Below are positions 52,918 to 62,010 of a DNA stretch of 64,000 bases, piece after piece; position 1 is the stretch's first letter; the number at the start of each line of letters is the position of its first letter. Under the pieces are notes generated by a model. That model saw nothing but the letters and a program-made list of their open reading frames with translations. It searched no databases and was not told the origin of the DNA. Source of the stretch: an uncultured Acidobacteriaceae bacterium (lineage in GTDB: Bacteria; Acidobacteriota; Terriglobia; Terriglobales; Acidobacteriaceae); assembly GCA_963739125.1 (NCBI GenBank), contig CAVTZD010000001.1, positions 4,657,107 through 4,721,106 of the forward strand. Reading direction: 5' to 3'. Made by a program: the position numbers and the translations under genes.

Positions 52918-53874
52918 ATGGCAGCAACCGAAAAAGTACTGCAGGAACTGGAGCAGATCGAGCGTCAGGTAGCGGAGATGGAATCCGCCAGCCCCGACGA
53001 TGCGACCCGGCGCCAGATTGAAAAATTACAGGAACGCATTGAGGCGCTCCGACTCGAAATGAACGCCCCTCTCACGGCCTGGCAGAGAACCGAACTCGCC
53101 CGCCATCCCCAGCGCCCGCAAACCCTGGATTACATTGAGCGCGTTTTCACCGATTTCAGCGAGATTCATGGCGACCGCGGCTTTGGCGACGACCCGGCTA
53201 TTGTGTGCGGCATGGCGCGATTTCACGGCGAAGAGGTGCTGGTGCTGGGCACGCAGAAGGGCCGGGACATGAAGCAGCGGGTGCACCGCAATTTCGGCAC
53301 GCCGCACCCTGAGGGATATCGCAAGGCGATTCGCGTGATGCAGGTCGCGGAAAAATTTCGCCGGCCGATCTTTACGCTGATCGACACCGACGGCGCGTAT
53401 CCCGGCATTCACGCGGAAGAACGCGGCCAGGCTGAAGCGATCGCGTATAACCTGCGCGAAATGGCGCGCCTCGAGGTGCCGATCATCGCCACGGTAATCG
53501 GCGTGGGCGGCAGCGGGGGCGCGTTGGCGATTGCGGTTGCCGACCGGGTTTTGATGATGGAGAACTCGATCTACTCCGTTATTTCTCCCGAGGGCTGCGC
53601 CGCCATCATGTGGCGCGATGCGACAAAGAAAGAGCTTGCCGCCGAGGCCATGCGCATCACGGCAACCGATCTGCAGGAGTTGGGCTGCATTGATGACATT
53701 GTCCCAGAGCCCGAAGGCGGCGCCCATCGCGACTACGAGGCTGCCGCCAACCTGCTAGATGTCAGCCTGCGGAAGCACCTGGCTGAGCTGAAGAAGATTG
53801 TGCCCGCCGAATTGGTCGTGTCCCGATATAACAAGTTCCGCACTATGGCCCAGTTCTTCCAAGCTGCCGGGTGA
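52918..53874 (+). CDS. accA: Acetyl-CoA carboxylase carboxyltransferase alpha subunit
   Basis: 318 aa. It shows typical AccA blocks (RPQTLDYI...FGDDPAIVCGMARF...DTDGAYPGIHAEERGQAEAIA). Confidence 0.96.
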   Translation: MAATEKVLQELEQIERQVAEMESASPDDATRRQIEKLQERIEALRLEMNAPLTAWQRTELARHPQRPQTLDYIERVFTDFSEIHGDRGFGDDPAIVCGMARFHGEEVLVLGTQKGRDMKQRVHRNFGTPHPEGYRKAIRVMQVAEKFRRPIFTLIDTDGAYPGIHAEERGQAEAIAYNLREMARLEVPIIATVIGVGGSGGALAIAVADRVLMMENSIYSVISPEGCAAIMWRDATKKELAAEAMRITATDLQELGCIDDIVPEPEGGAHRDYEAAANLLDVSLRKHLAELKKIVPAELVVSRYNKFRTMAQFFQAAG

Positions 53875-54047
53875 CGCCGGCGTCTTCCCCGTTCCAAAAC
53901 AGGTTCCTTCGTGCTTTTCAACCCGTGATTTGCCGCGACAGGCGGGCAACGCCGCCGTATAATAGACTGTTTCGTTCCATTTGATTAGAAGGCTTTACGA
54001 ATCTATGGGCGATGTTCTTTCGCCCGCTATTAAAGGAAGGTGTTGGG

Positions 54048-55886
54048 ATGGCCACTACGGATGTGGTGCCCCGGGAATCGGCCGGAGATGTGGGGCGCAA
54101 GCGCATCGTCAACGACATGAGCATTCAGGTTGCGACGGTCAACGGCTCAGGATCGCAAAGTTCAAACACTGTTCTGTTACGCAGCATCTTCCAAATGGGC
54201 GTGCCAGTTTCGGGCAAGAACATGTTTCCGTCGAATATCGCGGGATTGCCCACCTGGTATACGATTCGCGCCAACAAGAAGGGATACATCGGCCGCAAGA
54301 AGGAGATTGATTTCCTGGTGGCCATGAATCCCGAGACCGCGGTCGAAGATACGATGTCTCTTGCGCCCGGAGCGTCGGTGCTTTACGACGAACCGCTGGC
54401 TCTGCACAAGCTGCGCGATGATCTGGTTTTCTATTCGGTTCCCTACGACAAACTGGTCGCCGCCGTGTGTCCTGAGGCCAAGCTGCGCAAACTGGTCAAG
54501 AACATGGTGTACGTCGGCGTGGTGGCGAACCTGCTCACCATCGAAATGGCCGAGATTGAAAAGGCGATTCGGAAGCAATTCGCGACCAAGGCAAAGGCCG
54601 CGAATTTGAATCTGGCGGCTGCGCGGGCAGGATTCGACTACGCCAAGGCCAATCTGGAAAAGCGCGGCGTCTTCTACATCGAGCGCATGGATAAGACGGC
54701 GGGCAAGATCATCATCGACGGCAACTCGGCTGCGGCACTGGGCTGCATGTTCGCCGGATGCACGGTGGTGACCTGGTATCCGATCACGCCATCATCGTCT
54801 CTGGTCGAGACCATGATCGACTACATGCACGAATACCGCGTCGGCGCTGACGGCAAAGCGACCTTCGCCATCGTGCAGGCCGAGGACGAACTGGCGGCGA
54901 TTGGCATGGTCATCGGCGCCGGATGGGCCGGTGCGCGCAGCATGACCGCGACCGCGGGGCCCGGCATCTCGCTGATGTCGGAATTCGCCGGACTGGCCTA
55001 CTACGTTGAAGTTCCGGGCGTGATCTGGGACATTCAGCGCGTTGGCCCTTCGACCGGACTGCCCACGCGCACCTCGCAGGGCGACATTCTTTCGACTGCG
55101 TTTCTCTCGCACGGCGACACCAAGCACATCATGCTGCTGCCCTGCTCGGTGGAAGAATGCTTCACCATGGCTACCGATGCCTTCAACCTCGCGGAGCAGT
55201 TCCAGACGCTGGTTTTCGTCATGTCGGATCTTGATCTCGGCATGAACAACTGGATGGCGGATCCGTTCCCGTATCCGACAACGCCGATCAAACGCGGCAA
55301 GGTTCTAAGCAAAGAGGATCTCGACCGGCTCGGAGGTTTCGCGCGCTACAAAGATGTGGACGGAGACGGCATCGGCTACCGCACGCTGCCGGGCACGTCA
55401 CACTCCGCGGCAGCCTATTTCGCACGCGGCAGCGGCCACAACGAGAAAGCGCAATACAGCGAACGCGCCGACGATTTCGAAAATAACCTGGAGCGGCTGA
55501 ATCGCAAGTTCGAAACCGCGCGTTCGTTCGTCCCCCGGCCCGAGATCACCAAGGGAAATAACGCGAAGATTGGCATCCTCGCTTACGGCACTTCGCACTG
55601 GGGGCTCACGGAAAGTCGCGATCAGCTTCGCGAAGAGTATGGCATTGAGACCGATTACCTGCGGCTACGGGCTTATCCTTTCACCCGCGAAGTGCACGAG
55701 TTCATCGAACAGCATGAACGCGTTTATGTAGTCGAGCAGAACCGCGACGCGCAGATGCTCAGCCTGCTCAAACTCGACTTGAAGCCAGAACTAATCGGGC
55801 GACTGCGCAGCATCGCGCACATTACCGGGCTGCCGCTCGACGCGCGGTCCATCACTGACGAATTGACGAGCATGGAAGGCAAATGA
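54048..55886 (+). CDS. korA: 2-oxoacid:ferredoxin (acceptor) oxidoreductase alpha subunit
   Basis: About 612 aa from ATG 54048, with AAAGGAAGG upstream. It has a KorA-like fused gamma/alpha layout (VATVNGSGSQSSN...GNSAAALG...YPITPSS). Confidence 0.92.
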   Translation: MATTDVVPRESAGDVGRKRIVNDMSIQVATVNGSGSQSSNTVLLRSIFQMGVPVSGKNMFPSNIAGLPTWYTIRANKKGYIGRKKEIDFLVAMNPETAVEDTMSLAPGASVLYDEPLALHKLRDDLVFYSVPYDKLVAAVCPEAKLRKLVKNMVYVGVVANLLTIEMAEIEKAIRKQFATKAKAANLNLAAARAGFDYAKANLEKRGVFYIERMDKTAGKIIIDGNSAAALGCMFAGCTVVTWYPITPSSSLVETMIDYMHEYRVGADGKATFAIVQAEDELAAIGMVIGAGWAGARSMTATAGPGISLMSEFAGLAYYVEVPGVIWDIQRVGPSTGLPTRTSQGDILSTAFLSHGDTKHIMLLPCSVEECFTMATDAFNLAEQFQTLVFVMSDLDLGMNNWMADPFPYPTTPIKRGKVLSKEDLDRLGGFARYKDVDGDGIGYRTLPGTSHSAAAYFARGSGHNEKAQYSERADDFENNLERLNRKFETARSFVPRPEITKGNNAKIGILAYGTSHWGLTESRDQLREEYGIETDYLRLRAYPFTREVHEFIEQHERVYVVEQNRDAQMLSLLKLDLKPELIGRLRSIAHITGLPLDARSITDELTSMEGK

Positions 55887-55915
55887 GTTCGTTTCAGCGA
55901 AAACACCGGTCTTGT

Positions 55916-55983
55916 TTTGAAAGGGCGCGGCTTCAGCCGCGCCGCAGCAGCCACGATATCGACTGCGGCTTTAGCCGCTGAGG
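55916..55983 (+). repeat. REP-like element, family D (two hairpins)
   Basis: It reads TTTGAAAGGGCGCGGCTTCAGCCGCGCCG ... GCGGCTTTAGCCGCTGAGG. It lies in the korA-korB spacer. Confidence 0.7.
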
Positions 55984-55994
55984 GAAGGCAATAA

Positions 55995-57053
55995 ATGTCC
56001 ACCACTTCCGTTGAGCCCGGGGCCTCCGCGCCCGGGCCCAAAACCAACCGCATCGGCCTCACCGTCATTGAATACAAGGGCGGCAAGACCACGTTGTGCG
56101 CGGGTTGCGGCCACAACGCGATTTCCGAACGCATTATCGAAGCCATGTACGAGATGGGCGTAGAACCGGAGTTCGTCATCAAGCCGAGCGGCATTGGCTG
56201 CTCGTCGAAGACGCCGGCTTATTTCTTAAACCGCTCGCACAGCTTTAACGCGGTGCACGGACGCATGCCCTCGGTCGCGACCGGGGCGCTGCTGGCGAAT
56301 CGCAAGCTGATCTGCATCGGTGTCAGCGGCGACGGCGACACGGCCTCGATCGGCGTTGGCCAGTTCGTGCACCTCATGCGCCGCAATCTGCCGATTATTT
56401 ACATCATCGAAGACAACGGAGTCTACGGGCTCACGAAGGGCCAGTTCTCGGCTACTGCGGATCTGGGCTCTAAGCTGAAATCCGGGGTCATCAACGATCT
56501 GCCCCCCATCGATACCTGCGCGCTAGCCATTTCGCTCGGGGCGACGCTGGTCGGGCGCTCGTTCTCGGGCGACAAGAAGCAACTCAGCGCGATGCTGAAA
56601 GCCGCCATCGCTCACAAAGGCACGGTGATGCTCGACGTGGTCTCGCCCTGCGTGACTTTCAATGACCATGAAGGCTCGACCAAGTCTTACAAGTACGTGA
56701 AGGAGCACGAAGAGGTTCTGCAGGACGTGAGCTTTGTCCCGCATTTTGAAGACATCGACGTGGAATACGACGCAGGCTCAACCGTGGAAGTCACCATGCA
56801 CGACGGTTCGCACCTGCGTCTGCGGAAGATCGAGGAAGATTACGACCCGACCGACAAGATTCGAGCTATTACGCGGCTGACCGAAGCGCACGACAAAGGC
56901 GAGGTCCTGACCGGCGTGTTCTATGTGAATCCGAAGGCGCCAAGCTTTGTGGACATGCTGAACGTCGTCGATCAGCCCCTCGCTACGCTGCCCGATTCGC
57001 TGACGCGCCCGGGCAAGGAAGTACTCGACGCCGTGATGGAGGAGTTGCGGTAG
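55995..57053 (+). CDS. korB: 2-oxoacid:ferredoxin oxidoreductase beta subunit (TPP-binding)
   Basis: 352 aa. The motifs CAGCGH and GDGD...NNGVYGLTKGQ are typical of the beta subunit. Confidence 0.93.
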   Translation: MSTTSVEPGASAPGPKTNRIGLTVIEYKGGKTTLCAGCGHNAISERIIEAMYEMGVEPEFVIKPSGIGCSSKTPAYFLNRSHSFNAVHGRMPSVATGALLANRKLICIGVSGDGDTASIGVGQFVHLMRRNLPIIYIIEDNGVYGLTKGQFSATADLGSKLKSGVINDLPPIDTCALAISLGATLVGRSFSGDKKQLSAMLKAAIAHKGTVMLDVVSPCVTFNDHEGSTKSYKYVKEHEEVLQDVSFVPHFEDIDVEYDAGSTVEVTMHDGSHLRLRKIEEDYDPTDKIRAITRLTEAHDKGEVLTGVFYVNPKAPSFVDMLNVVDQPLATLPDSLTRPGKEVLDAVMEELR

Positions 57054-57166
57054 GCCGGCAGCTCCAGGATTTGTTGTGATTCCGAACCGGGCGTGAACCC
57101 GGAGAGGAATCCGCTTTCCGCGCTCTGATCTCGAATGCAGCCAGCTGAGGGCGCAAAAGGCGCCTC

Positions 57167-57367
57167 TTACGCACTCTTCCGCTGCGGCTCGCCGGTGTGC
57201 TCAGGGCCCTCGCCCGGTTCGGGAAAATCGCTGTCGGCATCTTTCAAGATCGGATCCTGATCGCGATGCCCAAGTTGTTCCTGCAATCCGATGTTCCCGG
57301 GGGTCTGGTGATCGTCGGCTTCGGTAGCGCCCTTCGCTAAATCCTGATCGCGTTCGCCGTCTGGCAT
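57167..57367 (-). CDS. Small acidic hypothetical protein
   Basis: 66 aa from ATG 57367, preceded by GAGGTG at 5-nt spacing. It is very acidic and Pro/Gly-rich (MPDGERDQDLAKGATEADDHQ...). I recognise no family. Confidence 0.4.
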   Translation of the reverse strand: MPDGERDQDLAKGATEADDHQTPGNIGLQEQLGHRDQDPILKDADSDFPEPGEGPEHTGEPQRKSA

Positions 57368-57539
57368 GATTGCACCTCGCAAAAATGGAGGACTGCCGGA
57401 GCAGACAACCTAGGCAGCCCTGGAAACGACTTTATCACTGCGAACGCCCATACACGATATGTATTGAGGAGGCATTCGCTATAGAATTGGGGGAAGTCCC
57501 GGGCAGACGCAGTAAGCCATCGGAAGGAGACTCAACTTT

Positions 57540-57716
57540 ATGAGGCGGGTTCTACTGCTGATGATCGCTTTTCTGATGGCCAGCGTCTTTTCGTGGGCAA
57601 CGCCACGACAAGGCAGCCTCGTCCTGGTCAAGGCAACGCACCCGCCGGTTCACCGGCATCGCGCCCACAAAGCAACCAAGCATCATGCTCCCAAACGCCA
57701 CCGTCACGCGGTTTAG
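57540..57716 (+). CDS. Small secreted His/Arg/Lys-rich peptide (hypothetical)
   Basis: This 58-aa ORF falls below the track cut-off and was read directly: MRRVLLLMIAFLMASVFSWATPRQGSLVLVKATHPPVHRHRAHKATKHHAPKRHRHAV. GGAAGGAGA lies 9 nt upstream. It has a signal-like N-terminus and a tail with 10 His. Confidence 0.35.
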   Translation: MRRVLLLMIAFLMASVFSWATPRQGSLVLVKATHPPVHRHRAHKATKHHAPKRHRHAV

Positions 57717-57725
57717 CGGGCGCAC

Positions 57726-58601
57726 TTATTCGTTGCCCGGATCGGCGCCCTCGGCCTGTGAGTTGCCGCCCCTGGTCGACACTCCCAGCTTGCGCAGCCG
57801 GTCCCGCGCCTGCAGGGCTTCGGGAGAATGCGGGTAGCGCTGAATCAGGTGGCGCAATTCGCTGACTCCGTCATCCTGACTGCCCAGTTCGATCAGGGCG
57901 AATCCCTTCTTCAACTGCGCTGACGCGGCCTTGTTCCCGCTGGGAAAATTCTGCAACACCTGATCGTAGCTTTGCGCGGCCTGCTTGTAGTTGGCCTGCT
58001 TAAATTCAATCTCTCCCAGGTAGAAGTAGCAATTCCCGGCCAGGTCGGTGTTGGGATAGAACTGCAGATATTGCTGGAACTCCTGCGTCGCGAGATCGTT
58101 GTTGCCACTGTTGTAATCGCGCAGCGCGTTGTTGTAGAGCACATCGGGAGGGGGAGCCTTCGCGGCAGCCTGTTGTTGCGCCGTTTGTTGAGCCTGCTGC
58201 GCCGCCAGGCTCTGCTGCGCGGCCTGCATGTCTTCCAGTTGTTTGGTAACTTTGGCCAGGCGCACTTTGATCTCGTCCATGGTGTCGTTCAGCGCCTGAA
58301 TCTGCCCAGAGAGCTGGTCGGTCCGCGAGCCCGAGTCGGTCTGCTGCTTCCCCAGCGTTGCCTGCAGCGTGTTGAGCAGGGCCGTCACTTTGTTGGCGGC
58401 ATCGGTGTCCTGCTCGACCAGGTTGTTCATGACGCCCATGCGCTCGTCGAAGCTGCGCTGCATGGCCGTCATCTGCTCCTGCAGTTGCTGCACCTGGGTC
58501 TGCAACTGGATTATCTCTTTGCTGACGCCCCAGGCTGGAGCGGTTCCCAAACAGACCAGTGAGAGTGCTGTAACGAAGATGGAGATACGACGAGGTTTCA
58601 T
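57726..58601 (-). CDS. cpoB: Tol-Pal system protein CpoB/YbgF (coiled coil + TPR)
   Basis: 291 aa. It has a signal peptide, a Q-rich coiled coil and C-terminal TPR repeats (YNNALRDYNSGN...AGNCYFYLGEIEF...AQLKKGFALIELG). Confidence 0.88.
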   Translation of the reverse strand: MKPRRISIFVTALSLVCLGTAPAWGVSKEIIQLQTQVQQLQEQMTAMQRSFDERMGVMNNLVEQDTDAANKVTALLNTLQATLGKQQTDSGSRTDQLSGQIQALNDTMDEIKVRLAKVTKQLEDMQAAQQSLAAQQAQQTAQQQAAAKAPPPDVLYNNALRDYNSGNNDLATQEFQQYLQFYPNTDLAGNCYFYLGEIEFKQANYKQAAQSYDQVLQNFPSGNKAASAQLKKGFALIELGSQDDGVSELRHLIQRYPHSPEALQARDRLRKLGVSTRGGNSQAEGADPGNE

Positions 58602-58823
58602 AAATTATTTCCTGAACACGCCGGTTTAGACGTGGCGGGTTGATGCATACATTTTAGATGCCGCAGTCTTTATGGATGATTGTCCCACAGGCCGGGAGAA
58701 TTCCGCAGAAAGAATCACACCGAAAAAACCACCCGGAACCGGAAGATTCAACATCCGCGGAGGATGTGCTCGCGGCTTGCAGTCAGGCGTTCCAGCCCCG
58801 CGCACACCACTCCGTATCCCCGG

Positions 58824-58861
58824 ACAAAAGAGTGCGGGGGGACGCCGACCTCGGCGTCCCC
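58824..58861 (-). terminator. Probable intrinsic terminator after pal
   Basis: On the minus strand it begins 10 nt after the pal stop. The stem GGGGACGCCGA / TCGGCGTCCCC is 11 bp. It is followed by CCGCACTCTTTTGT. Confidence 0.5.
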
Positions 58862-58870
58862 TCGCGCGTT

Positions 58871-59590
58871 TCACTTCGTGTAGACGAAGTGGCCACGCCG
58901 GTTCTGCTGCCAGCAAGCTTCGTTGCTCTCTGTGCAGAACGGTTTCTCTTTGCCGTAGCTGATGGTCTTGATGCGGCTGGCGCTAATGCCGCCAGAGGTG
59001 AGCGCGTCTTTTACCGCATTGGCGCGCTTGTCGCCCAAGGCCAGGTTGTATTCGGTCGAACCGCGCTCGTCGCAGTGTCCCTCAACCGTGAAGTTGATAT
59101 TTGCATGCTGATTGAGGAACGCCACATCCGACTGCACGGAACTCTGCTGATCGGCTCGAACATCGGACTTGTCATAATCGAAATAGACATCCTTGATGTT
59201 CTGACTGAACAAGTCCTCGTCCGTTACCGTCGGCGCAGCCGGCGGAGGCGGCGGTGGCTGAGTAACCGTCAGCCGCGCAGTGGCTTCCTGCGTTCCGCCC
59301 GCTCCCTTCGCGGTTAAATGGTATGTCGTCGAGTCGGTTGGCGACACGCTCTGCGACCCGTTTGCTTGTACCGCGCCAATGCCATCGATCGATACATCGG
59401 TAGCGTTGGTGGTCTGCCAGGTCAAAGATGCCGACTGTCCCGCCTCGATACTGGTGGGACTCACTGCGATCGAAGCCGTCGGACTCGGCGGGGGCGGCGG
59501 CGGTGGGGGCGGCGGCGGCGCCGCTTTCTTTTTGCAAGCGCCCAGCATCAGGAGCGCGCTGAGTGCCATGATCAGGAACAGCCACTTCAT
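58871..59590 (-). CDS. pal: Peptidoglycan-associated lipoprotein Pal (OmpA_C) with extra N-terminal module between polyproline linkers
   Basis: 239 aa from ATG 59590. The lipobox is LMLGAC. An 11-Pro run is followed by a module of about 75 aa and then a 6-Pro run. The OmpA_C/Pal core reads VYFDYDKSDV...GHCDERGSTEYNLALGDKRA. Confidence 0.9.
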   Translation of the reverse strand: MKWLFLIMALSALLMLGACKKKAAPPPPPPPPPPPSPTASIAVSPTSIEAGQSASLTWQTTNATDVSIDGIGAVQANGSQSVSPTDSTTYHLTAKGAGGTQEATARLTVTQPPPPPPAAPTVTDEDLFSQNIKDVYFDYDKSDVRADQQSSVQSDVAFLNQHANINFTVEGHCDERGSTEYNLALGDKRANAVKDALTSGGISASRIKTISYGKEKPFCTESNEACWQQNRRGHFVYTK

Positions 59591-59660
59591 AGTTTGCTTC
59601 ACGTTCTTCCTCCCTGCGACCCTAAAGTGTTGCACTTCAAGGTCAGACGAAGCGTATTTA

Positions 59661-61043
59661 CTATTTCCAACTCCAGTTCGGTTGCGAATTGCGTCCGGTA
59701 AACGTCAACTGCTGCACTTTGCTTCCGTCGGCGAGCATGCTCCAGATCTCGGGACTGCCCGACCGATTCGATTGAAAAACGATGTGCCGCCCATCCGGCG
59801 ACCAAGATGGAGAATCATTTCGGCCGCCGTCGTGGGTGAGCTGTACCCACTGCTTGCTCGCGATGTCCATCAAGTAAATATCGGACGCGCCCGGTTCGCC
59901 GGGCCCATATTTCCGCACCCAGGCAAAGGCCAGGAATTGGCCGTTCGGCGACCAGTTTGGCGATACTGCGTAGCCCTGATCAGTCATGCGCTGCAGGTTG
60001 GTGCCGTCCGTTCCCATGGTGTAGAGCTGCGGCAATCCGGTTCTGCCGCTGACGAACGCGATTTGCGCGTTCGTCTTACGATTCCACACCGGAGAGACAT
60101 CCGGCCCCTTGCCGGTGGTCACGCGCTGCAGGTTTCCTCCCGAGGCGTCGGCGATGTAAATCTCGGGTCCGCCTCCGTGCGACGAAGAAAATGCCAGCTT
60201 CAACCCGTCCCCGGACCACGCCGGAGAAAGATTCGTTCCACCGAGGTGGGGGAATCTCACAAGCCGGTTCAGGTCGATCGAATACATCATGATTTCCCAA
60301 CCCGTTTTGGTCAGGCCGCTGAAGGCAACTCGCGAGCCATCGGGAGAAATTCGCGGGGAAAGCGCGATCGCGCCCAGATGCGTCAACTGGTGCTGGTTGG
60401 CGCCGTCGTAGTCCATGGCCCAGATTTCCTTGTGGCCGGACCGGTCGCTTACGAAAACAATCTGGCTCTCGGCGATTCCCTGAATTCCGCCGCCGAGCCG
60501 GAAAATAATCTCGTCGGCGAACTTGTGCGCCATCAGCCGCGCCGCAGCATCGCTCGCCTTATCCGCATACTGCTTACCCAGAACCTGCGGAGACTGGATA
60601 TTTTTGACGTCGTACAGCCAGCCCTGCACGGTGAGATTTCCGCCGGCTACCCCCAGGGTCCCAAAAGCCAGCATCCCGGCATTGGGGGGCTCGGCGCTCC
60701 AGGCCAAAAAATTGACATCGGGCGGCTGTCCCGGAGTTTGCAGCGGGTAGAAGCTTTTCGAAACCAGCTCCACCACGCCGGAAACGTCGAGATCATTCCA
60801 CAGCGTGTCGTTGAAAGTCTTGAGCAGCGCGGCGTTCTGCGGATCGCCGGTCGAAGGCTTGAAATCCGGCACCGCCAGGCGGACTTTGGCCACGCCCAGA
60901 CTCGTGCCGGTTTTAACCCAATCCTGTGCATTGAGGGCGGGAGAAGAGATAATTCCGAAAGCAAAAATCAGAACGAGCGCCAGCGCCGGGCCGCGGAATC
61001 TGCTTGGCCACTTCGAAAAACTTGATCTTGCGCTTTCGTCCAT
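59661..61043 (-). CDS. tolB: Tol-Pal system beta-propeller protein TolB
   Basis: About 460 aa from ATG 61043 with a signal peptide. It has repeated P-x-W-S-P-D-G propeller blades (SPRISPDGSRVAF, SPAWSGDGLKLAF, SPNWSPNGQFLAF, SPSWSPDGRHIVF). Confidence 0.93.
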   Translation of the reverse strand: MDESARSSFSKWPSRFRGPALALVLIFAFGIISSPALNAQDWVKTGTSLGVAKVRLAVPDFKPSTGDPQNAALLKTFNDTLWNDLDVSGVVELVSKSFYPLQTPGQPPDVNFLAWSAEPPNAGMLAFGTLGVAGGNLTVQGWLYDVKNIQSPQVLGKQYADKASDAAARLMAHKFADEIIFRLGGGIQGIAESQIVFVSDRSGHKEIWAMDYDGANQHQLTHLGAIALSPRISPDGSRVAFSGLTKTGWEIMMYSIDLNRLVRFPHLGGTNLSPAWSGDGLKLAFSSSHGGGPEIYIADASGGNLQRVTTGKGPDVSPVWNRKTNAQIAFVSGRTGLPQLYTMGTDGTNLQRMTDQGYAVSPNWSPNGQFLAFAWVRKYGPGEPGASDIYLMDIASKQWVQLTHDGGRNDSPSWSPDGRHIVFQSNRSGSPEIWSMLADGSKVQQLTFTGRNSQPNWSWK

Positions 61044-61212
61044 CCGTGTGGGGGAAAAACACACTGCGTACAACAATATCGTATCCCGATATGAATGAGT
61101 TTGCAACACTTTGTCCTTCGCGTCGGTTACTCGTTGGTTACACAAAAGTGATTGCACCTCTGCACGCGCCGAATGTGACTTGCGGACCGCCGGTCATGAA
61201 CCACGGGTTACG

Positions 61213-62010
61213 TCAGGATGACCCTTTCCTGTAATCGAACCAGAACTCCACCGTAATCTTGCTTCCCGAGTAATCTGGGGGCAGCGGCCCGAAAGTGTCG
61301 ATACGCTGCAGTGCCCGAACGGCGGACATGTCCAGCGATGGCACGCCGCTGGACTGTTCGACCTGCACGTTCGATGGATGGCCGTCGCGCGCCACATCGA
61401 ACGTGATATACACCCGCTGCGCCGTCGTGATACTGGGATCGACCTCGTACCTCAGCCAGTTTTCCGCAACCTTCTGCTGAATAACCCTGACATACCAGGC
61501 GTAGAGGGTGCCGAAATCGCCGCCCGCTCCGGTAACTCCAAATCCGCCTTTTGCTCCCGCCGCGCTGAACGTTCCGTAGGGCCCGCTGACTGGGCCGCCT
61601 TCGCCGAACGCGACCTGATTGGTTTCTTCTTCGGGCGCGGGCTGGGGTTTTTCTTTCGAAACTGTCTCTTGCTTTTTCTTCGGCTTGATCTTCGCGTTCT
61701 TGCCCTGAATCTCGATCGCGTCCGGTTCTTTCTCTTCGATCTTGGGTTGCGATTGGGTGATTCCCTTCGACTCGTTGGCCATCACGTTCTTCGTCGCGGA
61801 CGGATTCGCCGGCAGCGGAACGGTGTTGACCAGGGTCGCCCCGATTGCGTCTCCACCACCTCCCGCGCCCCAGGTAGAGCCGCTGCTTCCCATAAAGACC
61901 GCGGAATAGATCAGCAGAAACGCAGTTACACCGAGGTGCAAGCCCGCCGACCACGCCAGCGCGCGTCCCCAGGGGTCGTGTTCGAGGTAGATGTCAGCGC
62001 TTGCCGCCAC
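61213..62010 (-). CDS. tolA: TolA-like / TonB_C-family cell-envelope protein
   Basis: 265 aa. It has an N-terminal TM anchor, a Lys/Glu/Pro-rich spacer and a C-terminal TolA/TonB-type domain. It sits between tolR and tolB and overlaps the tolR stop by 17 nt. Confidence 0.8.
   Translation of the reverse strand: MAASADIYLEHDPWGRALAWSAGLHLGVTAFLLIYSAVFMGSSGSTWGAGGGGDAIGATLVNTVPLPANPSATKNVMANESKGITQSQPKIEEKEPDAIEIQGKNAKIKPKKKQETVSKEKPQPAPEEETNQVAFGEGGPVSGPYGTFSAAGAKGGFGVTGAGGDFGTLYAWYVRVIQQKVAENWLRYEVDPSITTAQRVYITFDVARDGHPSNVQVEQSSGVPSLDMSAVRALQRIDTFGPLPPDYSGSKITVEFWFDYRKGSS

Noticed and set aside
53930-53963. Sigma-70 promoter TTGCCG ... TATAAT upstream of korA.
   Set aside because: The -10 hexamer is perfect, but the only -35-like hexamer is 22 nt upstream, which is too far for a canonical promoter. 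It is not reported as a feature.
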